DNA from: Fonticula alba ATCC 38817
Lineage: Eukaryota > Protista > Nucleariida
Assembly: GCA_000388065.2 (NCBI GenBank)
Contig: KB932201.1
Length of the DNA stretch: 64,000 nucleotides
Strand: one strand, 5' to 3'
Shown: piece by piece, positions 1-15,047 of the stretch
Numbering within the stretch: the stretch's first letter is position 1
Layout of the letters: the number at the start of each line of letters is the position of its first letter
Notes under the pieces: model-generated
Seen by the model: only the letters and a program-made list of their open reading frames with translations
What the model was told of the DNA's origin: nothing
Databases searched by the model: none
Position numbers and translations under genes: made by a program

Positions 1-1454
1 ATCGCGCTGATCGGGACCGCTTCGACCGGGACCGCTTCGACCGGGAGCGCGACCGCGGTGATCGTGGCGATCGCTATGACAGGGACCGCTTCGACCGGGA
101 CCGTGGCATTGCCACCACCGGGGGCAGGTACGACCGGCATGAGCGCTTCGACCGGGACCGCGACCGCATGGACCGGCCGCTTGCCGTGGACGCCAAAGGC
201 CCCGAGCGCGAGCCCCTGCGGAGTGTCCTCGCACCGAGCCTCACCGCCGGGGTCCTCCCTCTGTCCAGGACGGACCGTGACCGTGACCGCGAGCGCGAGC
301 GCGAGCGCGAGCGCGAACGCGAACGCGAGCGCGAGCGAGACCGGGATCGGGATCGGGATCCGCGCGAGCAGCAGGATCGGGATACTCCGACTGAGTCGCT
401 GCCGGGATTGCCCCCGGTCGGTGGGCTCCCTGCCTCGGTGGCGGCGCCCGTCCCGTCGGAAGCCAGCCTGGACCAACTGCCAGAAGGGCTGCCGGCCATC
501 AAACGCGAGGCGCCGTCTCACATGGCCCCGGCTGGCAGCCCGCCGGAGACCGCCTCCACCGGGGGGGTGGTCACGTCTGTGGCCCCGGCCCCGGCCCCGG
601 CCCCGGCCCCGGCGGTGGTTGTTCCCTCGACCTTCTCCCTGTCCCTCTCGCTGTCCAAGGCGCCGGAGCCGGTGGCTGTGCCTCGGGCCCCGTTGGCGGC
701 TCCTTCTCCGGCCGCCGGGCGCCGGCGCGGGCTCCTCTCTGGTGTCGATGTACAAATGGCCTCTTCACACTCGGTGCTTGGTCGGCCGCGACGCCGGTCG
801 GCGACCGTCGCCACGGTCGATGCCCCTCCTCCCGATGCCATCCTCGAGGGCGTTCTCAGTCTGGCCTCCCTGGACTTGCCCATCCAGTGCCAGCTCCTGG
901 CTGCCGGGGGCCTCTGCACCGATGATGTGCCGCTGGCCTCGGCCATCGAGCAGGATCTCGGTGGTGGTAGCGGTGGCTCGGCCGGGCGTCTGTGCATCCG
1001 CGAACGTTGCGACACCTCGGCCATCCATGACAACTTCAAAAACATGCTTCTGCATGACCCGGCTGTGTCGGTGTGGCTGGTGTCCCCGGCCGCCGGGGAC
1101 GATGGCCGTGCGCCGACCCTCTTCCAGCGAAATCTGGTCCGGTACCTGGCCAGCCGGTCGTCGCTCGGGGTGGCCCGGCGCGGGCTGGCCGGCTCGCCGT
1201 CGGCCGCTGCCGCCGCTTCCTCCTCCTCCTCCTCCTCCTCTGGCCGCCCAGACGGCGACCTCCTGGCCCTCGGGGCGGTGTATTACTTCCTGCCCCCGCT
1301 GCGAGAGGAGCTGGGGCTCTTTGAGCACTTTGCCCCGGATCACAGCCTCCTGAAGCCGTGGCTGGCGGCAGACACGCCACCGCCGGCTGGCTTCCTGCCC
1401 AACTGCCTGCTGATGGTGGTGCAGCCCGTACGCGTGGAGCACTTCCGCGCTTGA
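1..1454 (+). CDS. 3' part of a SPEN/RBM15-like SPOC-domain protein with RD/RE dipeptide repeats (5'-partial)
   Basis: Frame is open from position 3 (RDRFDRDR...). C-terminal FQRNLVRYLASRSSLGVAR...VYYFLPP...CLLMVVQPV resembles the RBM15/SPEN SPOC signature (RNLVSYLKQKQAAGV...LHAFPP...YLVMIIV). Stop at 1452-1454. Confidence 0.65.
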   Translation, partial: RADRDRFDRDRFDRERDRGDRGDRYDRDRFDRDRGIATTGGRYDRHERFDRDRDRMDRPLAVDAKGPEREPLRSVLAPSLTAGVLPLSRTDRDRDRERERERERERERERERDRDRDRDPREQQDRDTPTESLPGLPPVGGLPASVAAPVPSEASLDQLPEGLPAIKREAPSHMAPAGSPPETASTGGVVTSVAPAPAPAPAPAVVVPSTFSLSLSLSKAPEPVAVPRAPLAAPSPAAGRRRGLLSGVDVQMASSHSVLGRPRRRSATVATVDAPPPDAILEGVLSLASLDLPIQCQLLAAGGLCTDDVPLASAIEQDLGGGSGGSAGRLCIRERCDTSAIHDNFKNMLLHDPAVSVWLVSPAAGDDGRAPTLFQRNLVRYLASRSSLGVARRGLAGSPSAAAAASSSSSSSSGRPDGDLLALGAVYYFLPPLREELGLFEHFAPDHSLLKPWLAADTPPPAGFLPNCLLMVVQPVRVEHFRA

Positions 1455-1461
1455 TGACCAA

Positions 1462-1502
<41 letters not shown>

Positions 1503-2129
1503 CCCCCCCCCCCCCCCTCATGCGCGCCACTGACCCCCCCCCCCCCCCCTTCGCCTGCGAGCCGGAGAGTGGCTGCTGCCTGTCCTTGTTTTTCTTCCCC
1601 CTGCTCTCTCCCCTCCTCTCGGGGTCTTTTCTTTTTGCCATCCTTCCTCCATTTGTCACTCCGCGCCTGGCCGTGCATGCTCTCCGTCTCTCCTTCTCTC
1701 ATCTCCCTGTATGTCCTTGTAATTATGTGCGCCCCTGCAAGCGCGCGCCTTCTCCCTACTACGGGCAAGAGCCCCGACTACGCTGCCCCCCGCTGTGTAT
1801 GTTTGTGTGTATGTCTGCATCCTCCAATACAGCCCCATTCCTTGTGTATCCCCCCCCCCCCCCTCGCGATGATCGCGCGTTCCCTCTCCCTCTCTTGCCC
1901 TTTCCCGACTCAGGTAGCACTGCGCCCGGAGAATGTTTCAAGATGGTGGCACTTTTGCCATCCCCTCTCAGGGGGCACAGTGGAGGAGGAGGAGGAGAAG
2001 GTTGGAGGAGGGACCCTCGCCTGAGAATATCGACCCCACAGCCGAAAGCGACCCTCATGCTTATGTGTGCATGTCTGTGTCTGTGTGTTGTGTATAGGGG
2101 GGTGCTCGAGGACACCGGGAGTACACCGG

Positions 2130-3616
2130 TCAGTTGGGATGGTGCGCGCTCGGGGCGCCGTGTCCGGACTGCGGCGGCGGGGCCGTCCCAGGGGGAGGGA
2201 GCCCGGCCCCGGTGCCCTGGCGGCGCCACTCCTCCGGCCGCCCGGCTGGTTGGTGGTACATGCCGCCCAGCATATGTGGCGGGGGGGGCGCCGCGGCCGC
2301 GCCCGCCGCGAAGACCGGGTGGAAGTTGCTTCCATAGATGAGCCCGGCCGGGGGGGCCCCGGCAGCAGCTTGTGAGAACCCGGCAGCCGCCTGGTGCAGT
2401 GCGCGCGCCGGCATGTAGTGCGCGGCCGCGCCACCGCGCAGGGCCGCCACCGGGGCGCCAAGGGCCGGATGAACCATGCCAGGGGCCGCGTGCGTCGGGA
2501 CGCCAGGTCGCACCCGGGGGGCTGTCGTGGGTTCCCGGCGCCGGGGGGCCACCACACCACCAACAGGTGCGGTACTCCCTATGGCCAGGAGGACCGGTGT
2601 CGTGATTGTCAGGGTAAGTGTGGGCAGCGGCGGCACCGGAGCGGCCAAACGAACGAGGGAGTCGCGTGGGGACAAGGGAAAAAGAATGGCAGAAGGGCCG
2701 GAAGGGGGACGCACCACCACGGCGGGCTCCACGCCCGCTGCCACCGAGGCCGCTGCCACCGCCGAACCGATTCCGATTCTGCGCATCGCGACTCCGCGAG
2801 GCAGACCATCCCCCTCGGTTGATGTCGAAATCCTGGCGCATTTCATCGCGGATCTGAGCCAAGTCAGGTCGGGTGGTGACCGGAAAGGCAGGGGAGGGAG
2901 AGGAAGAGAGGGAAAGGAAGCGGCGGCCCTTGGTGAGTGTGTGTGTGTGTGTGTGTGGCGAAAAGCGCAGGCACGGATGGAGGTCGTTTTTTTTGATTGC
3001 AAAAGAAGGCCCCGGGAAGGAGCGAGGCCAAAAAGGACCCGAGCGTCCTCGGGCGTACCTGGCCACCGCTCCGCCCGCGACCATACTGTCGCCCATCGAG
3101 GAAGCCGCGGTCCCAGTCAACACGAATGGTTCGATCGTCCATCTTGGTGCCGCTCAGACAGAGGATAGCCCGCTCGGCGTCATTTCGGTGGCGGAACCTG
3201 GGCACAACGAGGGAAAGAGGTGAGTTAGGTGCGTGGGCGCTGGGAACGCGCGCGCGCGCCCGCGGAAAGCACACGCACTCAATGAAGCAGAAGCCGCAGG
3301 GGGTCAGCTCATTCCGGTCAAGGCCCATGATGATCCGGCGAATCTCGCCGGCCTGCGAGAAAAATTCATAGATCTGTTCCTCGGTGGTGAAGAAGGAGAT
3401 ATTCCCGACGTAGACGGTGGATGTCCGAGAGAGGGCCTTGATTTGATCCTCGGAAGACTCCTAGAGACATGACGCGGGGATGGGGGGGGNNNNNNNNNNN
3501 NNNNNNNNNNNNNNNNNNNNNNNNGGGGGGGGGGGGGGAGCACGACGAACCACCGACTGACGATCAACGTAGACCGTCTTCGTGGCCAGCTGCTTGACAA
3601 TGATGGGCGAGGCCAT
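2130..3616 (-). CDS. NCBP2: Nuclear cap-binding protein subunit 2 (CBP20), 5 exons, with Gly/Ala/Pro-rich C-terminal tail
   Basis: Spliced translation gives [48 protein letters not shown] / [27 protein letters not shown] / [10 protein letters not shown], a close match to CBP20. Later introns are phase-consistent. The first intron spans a gap and its donor is uncertain. Confidence 0.93.
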
Positions 3617-3933
3617 GATTGCGGCGAGGCACAGAAGAGGGAGGGAGAGAGAGGGGGAGAAAGAGACGAGGAGGAGGGACGGGAAAGGAGGAGGCGGGAT
3701 GGATAGGTCGAGGTGTTACACGGGCGAGGATGGGGCGGGCGGCGAGGCCAGAAAGAGGAGGAGGAGGCTGCGCTGTGGCTCCGAAGCCCTGCCTTGCGCC
3801 GGGACGGGGGGGGCCGAGAAAAAAGAGACCGCCCTCTGGCTGATGCACACGGATGTGCCTTTGTGTTAGTCCCCCGGTGGCGTTGCTACTGCCACTGGTG
3901 CAGCGCCGTTCCGAACGACTCATCACGCGCACC

Positions 3934-7143
<3,210 letters not shown>

Positions 7144-7600
7144 TGTTTTGGAGGGTCTTCTCCTTCCTGACAGGCCCCCCCCCCCCCCCCCCCTCCCACC
7201 CCCCTCCATCCCTCCCTCCGCATGGGTTTGGTTTTGATGTGTGATGTGCAATGTGCGCTTCTCCTCTTTTCCCTCCCTTCAAGGTGGCTTGGGGGCGGCC
7301 CGTCTCCCGCCTTTCCTCTTCCCTTGCCTTCGAGTGGGGGATGTGGGCAGGAAAGGCTTCTGTCTCTGTGTCTCCCCTCTCCTCCTCCTCCTCCTGCTCA
7401 CCTCCTGATATAAAATGTCGTCTACCTTTTCGGTTTTTTTTTCACTTTCCAAAACGTATATTTACTGTTGCGCGCTCGCATCTTGGCACTGATGTACAGC
7501 CTCTCCCTCCATGGAGAAAGGGCCACACATCGGTCTCCTGGCGCGAGTGTTGAAATGTGGCCGCGACAAAGCACAGGTCGCCTCTTCTTGTGTGTGTGTC

Positions 7601-7645
<45 letters not shown>

Positions 7646-8590
7646 TCAGAAGCCAGGAGGGAGGGTTTGCGGAGAAGGGGAGAGGGGATGGGAGCAGGCA
7701 TCGTGAAAGAGCGATGGGGGGGGGGGAGGAGAGATGGGCGAGGTCTGACGGAAAGCGCGCTTGCCTTTTCCCTGCACAGATATCGCGGCACACACCGAGG
7801 GGAACTTCTGTTCATCCGCCCGGTGACCAAATCCATACATTGTGAGGCATGCATATCTGCTCCAGCCAACTTCCATGCGCCAGTCTCCCCCTCCCCCCAT
7901 CGGGCTGTTTTTCCGCCGACGCCGCCCCTTGACCAATGTACCACCCCCTCCCTTCCTCCGCCGCTTCTGTCTCCTTCAGTCACACTGCTTCACACACATA
8001 CGCATACACGCACACATGCACAAGGGCGCCCCCCTGCAATGTCCAACGGCCACTCACATGTGCGACGTATTCGACTGCGAGCGCGATATTCACAAGCACA
8101 CACAAGTGTGTGTGTGTGTGTGTGCGCGCGCGCGTGCACTAGGCACTCAGCACGGTGCTCAGCATGCGGGCGGCCTGAGACCAGTAGCCCGGGCGCTGGA
8201 TCGGTGTGCTCATGTCAAAGGGATTGCGCGAGGGGCTGGTCGACATGTGACGCTGCGATGTGTGCAAGGGGGGGGGGGGGGATATCGCCGCGTGCGATGT
8301 GATTTGTCCGCGGGTGAGCATGCACACAAGCACGCGGGCGGAGCCCAACCGACAACCACACACGAAGGCACATTGGCACATACGCAAGTGGCAGAGGAGG
8401 GCCGATGCGTTCGAAGGGTCGGGGAGTGTGAGAGAGCGGCGCAACTGGCGACAAGAGCTGGTGAAAGGGGGTGCGAGGAGTGGAGAAAAGCACACACACA
8501 CACACACACGAGTCCTACCCTAATGCCCTCTCCCTCCCTCTCCCTCTCCCTTTCTCTCTCTCTCTCTCTCTCTCTCTCGCTGCAACCAGC

Positions 8591-11500
8591 TTAGGCCGTC
8601 GCGCCTCTGCCCGCCTTTCGCTCCGTTGTCCCTTTGTCTCCCCGCTTCAGGCTCTCCACCAAGAGGAAGAAAAAATGGCCCAACACGCAGGCAGGCGGGC
8701 ATACGCCCTCCCCCTCCTGCGCGGCCTCACGTACCAGACGGTTTTGATCCTCGTCACAGACATACTCGCGAACGGTGTTCAGGATGGACCGACCGCCGAC
8801 ATCGAGAGCGAGGCCGGCATTCCGGGCAGCGGAGGACAGATTCCCCCGGCGCCCGGTGGTGTAGAGGGCCTCCTTGCCCGGGGGCAGGATGTACTGGACG
8901 TCCTCGCCCGAGGCCCGGCGGCGCAGGGCGGCCGGGATAATGTCCCCAGGCGACATGCTGAAGATGGTGGAGGTGGCCTCGGCCAGGCGATCGCGCGACC
9001 AGACGGCCGACTTGCCCGCCAGCCGGAGTGCCTGACCCGCCAGTCGGAGTGACTGGCCTGTCAGGCGTCCGGCCCGAGCAGGCAGGTTGGCCAGCCACAG
9101 GGTCATCCGGCGAGTGAGCGTGCTGTCGGCCAGGAAGGCGGCCAACGGGGCGGTCCACTCGCCGCGGCGAGCCCAGGCCCGCTGGACGTGGGCCCGGGCC
9201 AATGCCACGGTGGCGGGGATGCGGGCCCGAAGGCGGCCGGCCGCCGCGCGAACCTTGTCGCGAGCCATGGTCAGGGCGCGGTAGAGGCCGCGCTGCTGGA
9301 ACTCCTGCTGGATCTGGCGCACAATGCCGCGCGTCAGTTGGGCATACTCCCGAACCCACGGCCGGAGCCATGCGCCAGCGGCGCGAACCGCGCGCGCCCC
9401 GGCCCCCAGGGCACCCTTGCCCAGGTGGTAGGCGTCGCCGAGGGCCTGGCCGAAGCGGCGGAAGAAGTCGGCCGCCGGCCGACCGGCCATCGCGCCAAGG
9501 CGCTTGCCGAGCTGGGCCCATGTTGCCGCGATCCGAGCCTCAAGACGGGCTACGGCCCCGGGCAGGGCCCGGGCCGCCGTGGCCCACTGGTGCTGGACCG
9601 CGCGTGCGGCCCGGCCGGCCACCGTCAGCATGGCATCGAAGGGGGGGACCTGGAGGCCGGCCACGGCGGCGCGAGCCTGCGCATACAGACGCTGGACGCC
9701 GCCCGGGGTACGGAGGGCCGTGGCCAGCAGCTGGGCCCGTTGCAGGGCCCCCTCGAAGCCGAGGCGGCTCAGCAGACGCCGGCCGCCGATCGTCAGCTCG
9801 CGTTGCTTTTGCAGGGCAGCCGCACGCAGGCGCTCCGCCCCGCGGCGGGCCTCCTTTTGCAGGAGGTCTGCCTGGCGGCGAGCCTGCTCCGCGGCCACGG
9901 TCGCGTCCTTCTGGAGCTGAGTCACCAAAGCCGAGCCGTCCTTCTGGAGCTGGGTCAGCTTGGCGGCGCCCTCCTTCTGCAGGGTGGTGGCCATGGCGGC
10001 GCCCTCCTTNNNNNNNNNNTGGGTCAGCTTGGCGGCGCCCTCCTTCTGCAGGGTGGTGGCCATGGCGGCGCCCTCCTTTTGCAGCTTGCTGGCCAGGGCC
10101 GAGCCGTCCTTCTGCAGCTGGGTCAGCTTGGCGGTGCCCTCCTTCTGCAGCTTGGTCAGGGTGGCTGAGCCATCCTTCACCAGCTTGTTGTAGGTGGCCG
10201 TGCCTTCCTTCTGCAGCTGGGCCAACTTGGCGGCGCCCTCCTTGCCGAGGGCCGTCAAAGCGGCAGGGCTGTTCTTCTTCAGGGAGTCCACCGCCGCGGC
10301 GCCCTCCTGGCGGAGGCGCTTTGCCGTGGCGGCACCCTCCTTCTGGAGCCGGGCCAGCTGGGCCGCACTGTCCTTGACCATCTGGTTGTACTTGGCCGTG
10401 CCGGTCTTTTGCAATTGGTTGACCATGGCCGTGCCGTCCTTACGCAGACGATTGACCGTGGCCGTGCCCTCCTTGCGAAGTTTCTTGTAGCTGGCGGCCC
10501 CCTCCTTCTGCAGCTTCTGATAGGTGGCCGAGCCATCCTTGACCAGTTGCTTGTACTTGGTGGTGCCGTCCTTCTGGAGTTTGTTGACCATGGCCGTGCC
10601 CTCCTTCTGCAGCTTGTTGACCGCAGCTGTGCCGTCCTTCTGCAGCTTGTTGGCGATGGCTGTGCCGTCCTTGACAATTTGGTTGTACTTGGCCGTGCCC
10701 TCCTTCTGCAGGTGGGTCAGGGCGGCTGAGCCGTCCTTCACCAACTTCTTGTAGGTGGCAGCGCCTTCCTTCTGGAGCTTGTCGGCGATCATCGAGCCAT
10801 CCTGCACCAGCTGGTTGTACTTGGCCGTGCCGTCCTTTTGGAGCTTGGACACCACGGCCGCGCCGTCCTTCTGCAGCTTGGCAAGCTGGGCCGCGCTGTC
10901 CTTGACCATCTGGTTGTACTTGGCCGTGCCGGCCTTTTGCAGGCGGTCTGCCGTGGCGGCGCCCTCCTGGCGGAGCTTCTTCACCCGGCTGGCGCCCTCC
11001 TGCTGCAGCTTCTGGTAGGTGGCCGTGCCCTCCTTGACCAATTGGTTGACCGTGGCCGAGCCGTCCTTCACCAGCTGATTGTACTTGGCAGCGCCCTCCT
11101 TCTGGAGCTTGTCCACCAAGACCGAGCCGTCCTTCTGCAGTTGCTCAACCAGGGCCGCTCCCTCCTTTTGCAAGTGGGAAACCGCCTGGCCGGTCTGCGA
11201 GCGAAGGCGCTCGGCCGCGGCCGGGGCCCCGGCCAGGGTGCTGGCCACCGCGTCGGCGGCCCAGCGTGCCTGGCCGCGCACCTGCTCGGTCACCTGCCGG
11301 GCGCCCTTCTCGGCCGAGCGGATGGCCTGCTCGGCAGTGGCCGCCGTCCGGCGCTGGGCATCCACCAAGGCCGGGGTCTTGGCCAGCCGAGCGGCCGAGC
11401 TGCCCACGCCATGGAGCTTTTGCACGGCCGCATCGGCGGCCTCGGTGACCACATGGTGTGCCACGGTTTGCAGCGTATCGGACACGGTGGATCCTGCCCC

Positions 11501-13305
11501 CTGGGCGACCTGGCTCAGAAGCCGGTCCCCGCGCTCGATGGCCTCACCGACGGTGTGGACCATGCGCGTCAGGCCGATCGAGTTGCCCACATGCCGGGCG
11601 AGGTTCACCCCGATGCCGGTGGGCAGGCGCCATGCCCGGCGGTCCATTGGGCCGGGCTGAAGAAAGGCCAGCGGGATGTCGTTGCGCGAAAAGCCGTTGC
11701 GGATCTGCTCGACGGTCGGGCCCTTCATCAGGGCCTGGCCGCCGTCCATCGGGCGGACACTGCCGCCCCAGATGAGCTGAACACGCACCGGGGCATACAC
11801 CGGGCCGAGTGTCAGGCCGAGCCGCAGGGCCGGTCCCCCCGAGCCAGAGGTCCATCCCCCCCCGCCCCCCCCCCCCAGTCATGCGCAGACGGAAGTCCGA
11901 ATGTCCGGCAAGAGGAGGGCCACACCACACCAGCGGAGCCGGCCAGCAAAGTAGAGCCCATGCATGGGGGGCCCGATTCCACATGCGTTGGGAAGCAGCG
12001 AGAGTGAGGCCATCGCACCAAGCAAGTGCGAGCCATTGTGCGCCAGTCACAATGACATCGACCACGGCACACCCATCCACACCCATGGACACACACACAC
12101 ACACACACACGATGGCGGTTCGAACGGTGGGCGACAATGATAGATCGGCGGTCAGATAACTCGGCCCACTCAACATAGCCCGCCGCCCATGGCGGCCGGC
12201 GGCAGGAGAGAAATGTGTCCCCTCGAAGGGGGTACGAGAGAGAAGTGAACCGCTGGCCACCCCTCCCCCCCCCCCCCCCGCTGTCCATCGCAATCGTGGG
12301 ATGTGCCCAGGTAGAAACACGCACCCGCTTGAGAAAGTTGAGCGCGAGCTGCTGCGGCCCGGGGCTCGGGGCCACCGGGGTGCCGGCCAGCTGGCGGTCC
12401 TCGCGATCGGCCCGGCGGATGTCCCCGCGCAGCCGATCCGACATGTTGGACTGGCTGTAGTCCAGCACCCGGGCTGGACGCATCTGGTCGGGTCGAATCC
12501 GCGCGGCGGCTGGCCGTTCGGCCGGCGTGACCAGGGTGCTCTTGCCGATGCCGGCCGGCCGTTGGACCTCCAGGTGGGGATCCACCCGGCAGGCACTCAT
12601 CTCGCGGTCGTAATCGAAGAAGGTCGACGTGACGGGCTGGCGGCCGGCCAGCTGGTTGGCCAGCTCCTCGCTCGTGTACGTCGGGCCCCAGAGGATGCGC
12701 CGCCACCAGGTCAAGCTGGCCAGGGCGCCGGGCAGGGTGTCCGCATCGGCCCCATGGCGCCGGTGCATGGCCGCACACTCGGCATACGCCCCGGGGCCCT
12801 GGGGCACCGGGCATGTGTCGCTGTCATGCCAGTAGGCCGCCGGCTCGGGGCCGAACCAGGCCCGAACCGAGCGCCACTCCGGGTGGAAGGGCAGCTGCTG
12901 GCTGGCCCAGTGGAGCTTGGCATGCTGCTGGAGGTTGGCCCGGTGGGCGCGCTCGTGCGCCACCATGTGCCGGGCCACCATGGTCCCGACGTCGGTGGCA
13001 GGCGATGCGCCGGTCGGGCGGGTCACGCTAATCTGCGACTGGACAACCGGCATCGCCGAAAGCGACGTCGTACCGCGCGCGCCGCTGGGCCGCCTCGCCG
13101 GCGGCGCCGAGGCGGCCCCCCTCTTCGGAAAGTCTCCGGCCAGGGGGATGGCCGCGTCCTTCATCCGGGCAAGGGCACGCTGTTGCCAGGCCCCGGCCGA
13201 CGTCCCGGCCATTCGCGCGCACAAGCACCCATGCACGCGCAGGAGGCCGGAAGGATGGAGCGGCCCGATAGCCAGCACGGTCCCGGCCACCGGGTCCCAG
13301 CACAT
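8591..13305 (-). CDS. Orphan ~1,500-aa protein with central array of 11-residue amphipathic repeats
   Basis: ORF 11812-13389 (start Met 13305 or 13212) joins ORF 8591-11800 in phase 0 through a GTGCGT...TTCAG intron (~12324-11780), reading FLKR/LIWGG. No recognised family. Confidence 0.7.
9884..11173 (-). repeat. Coding tandem array of ~39 x 33-bp units (consensus L-Q/V-K-D/E-G-A/S/T-A-x-Y/L/V-x-K/Q)
   Basis: Read directly from the translation: LQKEGAAKYNQ, LVKDGSATVNQ, LQKDGTAKYNQ and so on, in unbroken 11-residue register except across the gap at 10010-10019. Confidence 0.95.
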
Positions 13306-13719
13306 AGGGACAGGGGAGCCGAGCCGGCAGGGGAGGTCCCGTCCCCGTCGGGGAAGGGCGGCGGGGAAAGGCCCAATAGGCGAATTCACACTTCGGTGTC
13401 AGAGCCCAGCAACTCGATGCGGTGAAAAAAAAAAAAAAACAGGCGCCAAGATTGGCAAGTGACGATCTCTATTCATCCCCGGCCCGACATGCCCCCGCAG
13501 CCCGTGGCCCTGGCCGTGCGAGGCTCTCCCCCGGCGGGCCTTCCTCGCGCGCCGGGGCGGCACGAGGACGTGTCCCTCTCTTTCTCGCCCTCCGGTGTGT
13601 GACTTCTCGCTCTTGCTCTCTCTCGCTCTCCCGCTTCCCCGCCCGCCGCGATGGCAAAGATGGCCACGCGTGGCAGGGGGCACGCCGGGGAGAGGGCAAT
13701 CTCCAACGGATGTCCAGCC

Positions 13720-15047
13720 TCAGTGGGGGGGTACACGTACGCGCTCCTCCGGGCGAAGGGTCCCGGGCGAGCCGAAATCCAACAGCTGGCCGAGCTCATT
13801 GTGCAGACGCTCGGTGGCTTGCAGCATGCGCTCCTCCGATTGGCGAATCGAGTCCGCCAACTGCTCCAGGTCGGACTTGGTGGCCTGGGCCGGGGAAGGG
13901 GGCACGGCGCCGTTGGAGGGAAGGTCGGCCTTGGAAGCTCCGTCACCGTTTGTCTTCTTCCCCGGGCGCGACGTCGTGCCCCTCTGCTCTTTTAAATGCG
14001 GCGCATACTTGATGATGGGGGGCGTGCCGCCGGCGGTGATGACCGTCTGCGGGCGTGTGGCCGCCGCGTCCTACATGAGAGGGGGTATTTGTGTCAGGAC
14101 CAGGCTACTTGGCCGGGACTCGGGCGGTTGCCGAGCAGGCCGAGGGGGGGGTGGGGATGGCTCTGCCGGCAGGGCAGGCTGGGGCTGGGGAAAATGCATG
14201 GTCGTGCGGAAAGCAAAACACGCCACGCCGCCCCTCCAAGTGTCGGCTTGCTTCGTATTGGGAGAGCGGCCGGGCCGTTCACATGCCGGGGAAGGGAAGC
14301 CGCTGCTCCTTTTGACGCACCTCGATGTTTTCCATCTGCATCTCGTTCTCAACCTCCGAGAGCAGATAGGTGTTGCCTGGGGTATTCCACTTTACGACGG
14401 CGCGGTTGCCGTGTCCCGTAAGCTGTGCATGTCACCGGCGCATCCAACCGAAGGCGGCGGCGGCGGCGGCGGCGGCGGCGGCAATGCCGACATCCATGGG
14501 TCCGAAGCACGGGCCGCGAGGCAGGGCGTGAGCGAGCGCCAAACAAGGGGACAAGGAGTCAACCCCGAAGTAGGAGCAGGAGGAGGCCGGCACATCCGAA
14601 GGATTCAATGGCCAACGAGGGGCCAGCTGCCGGGCCGGCACGAGGGGGCCCCCGGTGGGGAAATCAAGCGCGTACCTTGTTCCACAGCCACACGGGCCAG
14701 GACTGCATGCTGGAGGGGAGGTCCTCCTCCTCGGTGATCAGGAGGACATTGGGATTGGGCACCACGGCCGGCTGGCCGGGGGCGCCAGCCGCTCCGGGGA
14801 CCGGGACCGGCTGGAACATGACCGTACCGTGGCGCTGTGCCACGGACTGGGCATGCACCACGGTGGCGCAGGCGATGGTGGCGGCCAGCAGGGTCACAAG
14901 GAGTTTGGCCGACCGCAGCACGCCCAGTCCCCCTCTGGAGGACTCGGCGGGAGCGGCGTCGGCCACAGCCACGGGCGGTGACACCGCCCCGGGCTGCAGG
15001 TCGTGCTGCTGCTGGCCGACATCCTTATTGACTTGGGATGTCGACAT
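13720..15047 (-). CDS. Orphan ~265-aa protein with one hydrophobic segment and a C-terminal coiled-coil-like stretch, 3 exons
   Basis: Three phase-0 joined exons: MSTSQ...LLVTLLAATIACATVVHAQS...WPVWLWNK / LTGHGNRAVVKWNTPGNTYLLSEVENEMQMENIE / DAAATRPQ...KSDLEQLADSIRQSEERMLQATERLHNEL. Donors are GTACGC and GTGCGT. The 3' end could have one more intron. Confidence 0.6.

Noticed and set aside
74-502. Minus-strand RS-repeat ORF, and plus-strand Glu/RE-rich ORF 28571-29311
   Set aside because: RD/RE and RS repeats are reverse complements of each other; these are mirror frames of the SPOC and SET1 exons.
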